A program made the translations under genes and the position numbers. Shown one piece after another: positions 62,417-64,000 of a stretch of 64,000 nucleotides of DNA. Each line of letters starts with the position of its first letter. The first letter of the stretch is position 1. Below the pieces are notes generated by a model. That model was not told the DNA's origin. It saw only the letters and a program-made list of their open reading frames with translations, and did not search any database. The stretch is from Planctomycetota bacterium (GTDB taxonomy: Bacteria > Planctomycetota > PLA2 > JAEUHO01), in contig CBDCTJ010000003.1 of assembly GCA_965222115.1 (NCBI GenBank), forward strand, positions 128,001 through 192,000. The letters run 5' to 3'.

Positions 62417-62827
62417 ATGGACATCTTCATTCTCATTCTGTTGGGCCTCGCCGCAGGTTCGCTGGGTAGCTTGCTTGGACTGGGCGGTGGCTTCTTGGTG
62501 GTCCCCGCGCTCATTCTCCTTCGCGGTGTCGATCCGCGTATCGCAAGCGGGACTTCCGTCGCGGTCATCGTCCCGGCTATGGCCATCGCTCTCTGGCGAC
62601 GAGGCGCGCAGGGGCACGTAGATCTGCCAGTGGCTGCGTGGATGGCCCTTGGCGCCGTCGCAGGCGCGTTCATTGGCTCGTGGCTCGCGGGCATTGTTGA
62701 CGCCAAGCTGATTCGACGCCTATTTGCCGCGGTATTGATCGTGTTGGCGGCGCTGCTGGTGTTTGGCGAAGAACGCGGGTCCGCTCCCGAGCCTTCCAAT
62801 AGCGGTCTGCCGTCAAATGGAAGATGA
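62417..62827 (+). CDS. TauE/SafE (TSUP) family half-size membrane protein
   Basis: GSLLGLGGGFLVVPAL, ASGTS, GAFIGS; only one 4-TM repeat. Confidence 0.8.
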   Translation: MDIFILILLGLAAGSLGSLLGLGGGFLVVPALILLRGVDPRIASGTSVAVIVPAMAIALWRRGAQGHVDLPVAAWMALGAVAGAFIGSWLAGIVDAKLIRRLFAAVLIVLAALLVFGEERGSAPEPSNSGLPSNGR

Positions 62828-63050
62828 CAGGTCGTCGTCGCCAATGCGTGTCAGAGAATCCGCACCATTCATGACTCTGTCACGCACGGAGACGAGGAAT
62901 GTGCAGGGGCTTTGCATGAAACTCACCTCGATCGCCGTGGCAGTGGTCAGGCCCCTTTCGCGAAGTTGGTACACTCGGGCGGTAGCGCGTGACGGCAGCG
63001 CGCGAGTCGCCGCCAACGTGGGCAAGACACGGGACGTCGCCGGGCGAAAT

Positions 63051-64000
63051 ATGAATCGAGAGTCGCTCAAACTTTGGACACACCCTTGCGTGCTGGTTCT
63101 GTTGTGTGTCGCCACCGCCATGACCGCGCTCACCGGGTGTCGGACACGACTCTTGGCGCTTGAAGAAAACGAAGTTACGAGCCACGCGATCGATCGTCTG
63201 GAAGGGTTCGATCCCCATGACGTTCGCCCCGTGACACTTCCCGAGGCATTGCCGGATCCAACGACGTCCGATACCGCGGGCGAATCATCTTCACTCCCCG
63301 CGCCAATGGAACCTCCCCCATCGCTCGAATCGCCTGCACTTGTGGTGGTGCCCACACGTGAGCAACTTGAGGAGCAGGTCGACAAGCTAAAATTGGTGGC
63401 CGAACGCCGCGTGGGTGCGCCCGAACGTCTGCATCTCATGCGCGACTTCTTGCAGAGCGACTACGCCCAGGCGCAGGATGCGGCGCACGACGCGTCATTT
63501 CGCGACGCCCTGGCCTCGAGTCTTACGCGCGTGGACCTCGACGGCGCGGTGTTTGCGCGCAACGCGAAGATTCGGCGCGCACACATGGCGCTGCGCGACG
63601 CAGTCGAGTCCATCTACAAGCTTGGTGACGACGCCCTGCTTGTAGATCCCCTTGCTCCCACAGTGATGGAGGAGGATGAGGGCGAAGTTATCGACGTGGC
63701 CACCAGTGCCTACCAGGCACGTCCCGGCGCGCTTTGGTTCCAAGAAAAGCACTTGGCACGTAAGTTCGATCAGGCGTTAGCAACGTATGCAAGTGTAGTA
63801 CGCACTGAGTTGGTCCGGGCAGGCGCCCTGTTCTCTGACTACGAGTACGCACTGTTTGCATTGCGTGCGACGGAACGCGCCACCAAGGAACTCGTTGAAG
63901 CCACCGCCGGGCGCGATCCGGAGCAAGAGCCCGGTCTTGCCGACGCGCTGGCACGTCTTGTGAGTGACCGCAAGCGGTGGACACTGCGCATGGACTCGAT
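63051..64000 (+). CDS. Partial lipoprotein, helical, possibly TolC-like; runs off the window
   Basis: Own translation: open from ATG 63051 to the end; MNRESLKLWTHPCVLVLLCVATAMTALTGC lipobox. Confidence 0.7.
   Translation, partial: MNRESLKLWTHPCVLVLLCVATAMTALTGCRTRLLALEENEVTSHAIDRLEGFDPHDVRPVTLPEALPDPTTSDTAGESSSLPAPMEPPPSLESPALVVVPTREQLEEQVDKLKLVAERRVGAPERLHLMRDFLQSDYAQAQDAAHDASFRDALASSLTRVDLDGAVFARNAKIRRAHMALRDAVESIYKLGDDALLVDPLAPTVMEEDEGEVIDVATSAYQARPGALWFQEKHLARKFDQALATYASVVRTELVRAGALFSDYEYALFALRATERATKELVEATAGRDPEQEPGLADALARLVSDRKRWTLRMDS

Noticed and set aside
62900-62920. TGCAGGGGCTTTGCA as a sigma-54 promoter
   Set aside because: Lacks the invariant GG at -24; only a weak palindrome.

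Overview
A gene-dense, GC-rich bacterial chromosomal segment. The gene repertoire suggests a Planctomycetota-like diderm (inference). Housekeeping genes include sdhCAB, aqpZ, htpG, a suhB-like IMPase, dacB, lpxH, a frameshifted copA-like ATPase, a DnaJ-class chaperone, folD, tkt, tRNA-Val(CAC), an XPB helicase with its partner, a TolC/MFP/MacB efflux operon and a carbamoyltransferase-SxtJ-DUF5989-SGNH cluster. The most notable observations are: (1) a Cys-rich lipoprotein (50094-51704) with 9+9 23-aa repeats whose two sequence variants are complementary in antiparallel register, implying a giant self-zipping beta-hairpin rod; (2) a probable selenoprotein lipoprotein missed by the ORF track (21085-21609), with an in-frame UGA in a UxxC motif and a SECIS-like hairpin; (3) a ~69-bp multi-hairpin element embedded in two tRNA-Val fragments that flank the intact tRNA; (4) a signal-peptide TPR-CHAT(PDZ) caspase-like gene split by a single in-frame TAG and flanked by REP-like palindromes; (5) an OprO/P-type porin with Cys clusters and four 11-bp Pho-box-like repeats upstream. 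No CRISPR array, rRNA, integrase or intact transposase was seen. All family assignments come from motif recognition by eye, not from database searches.
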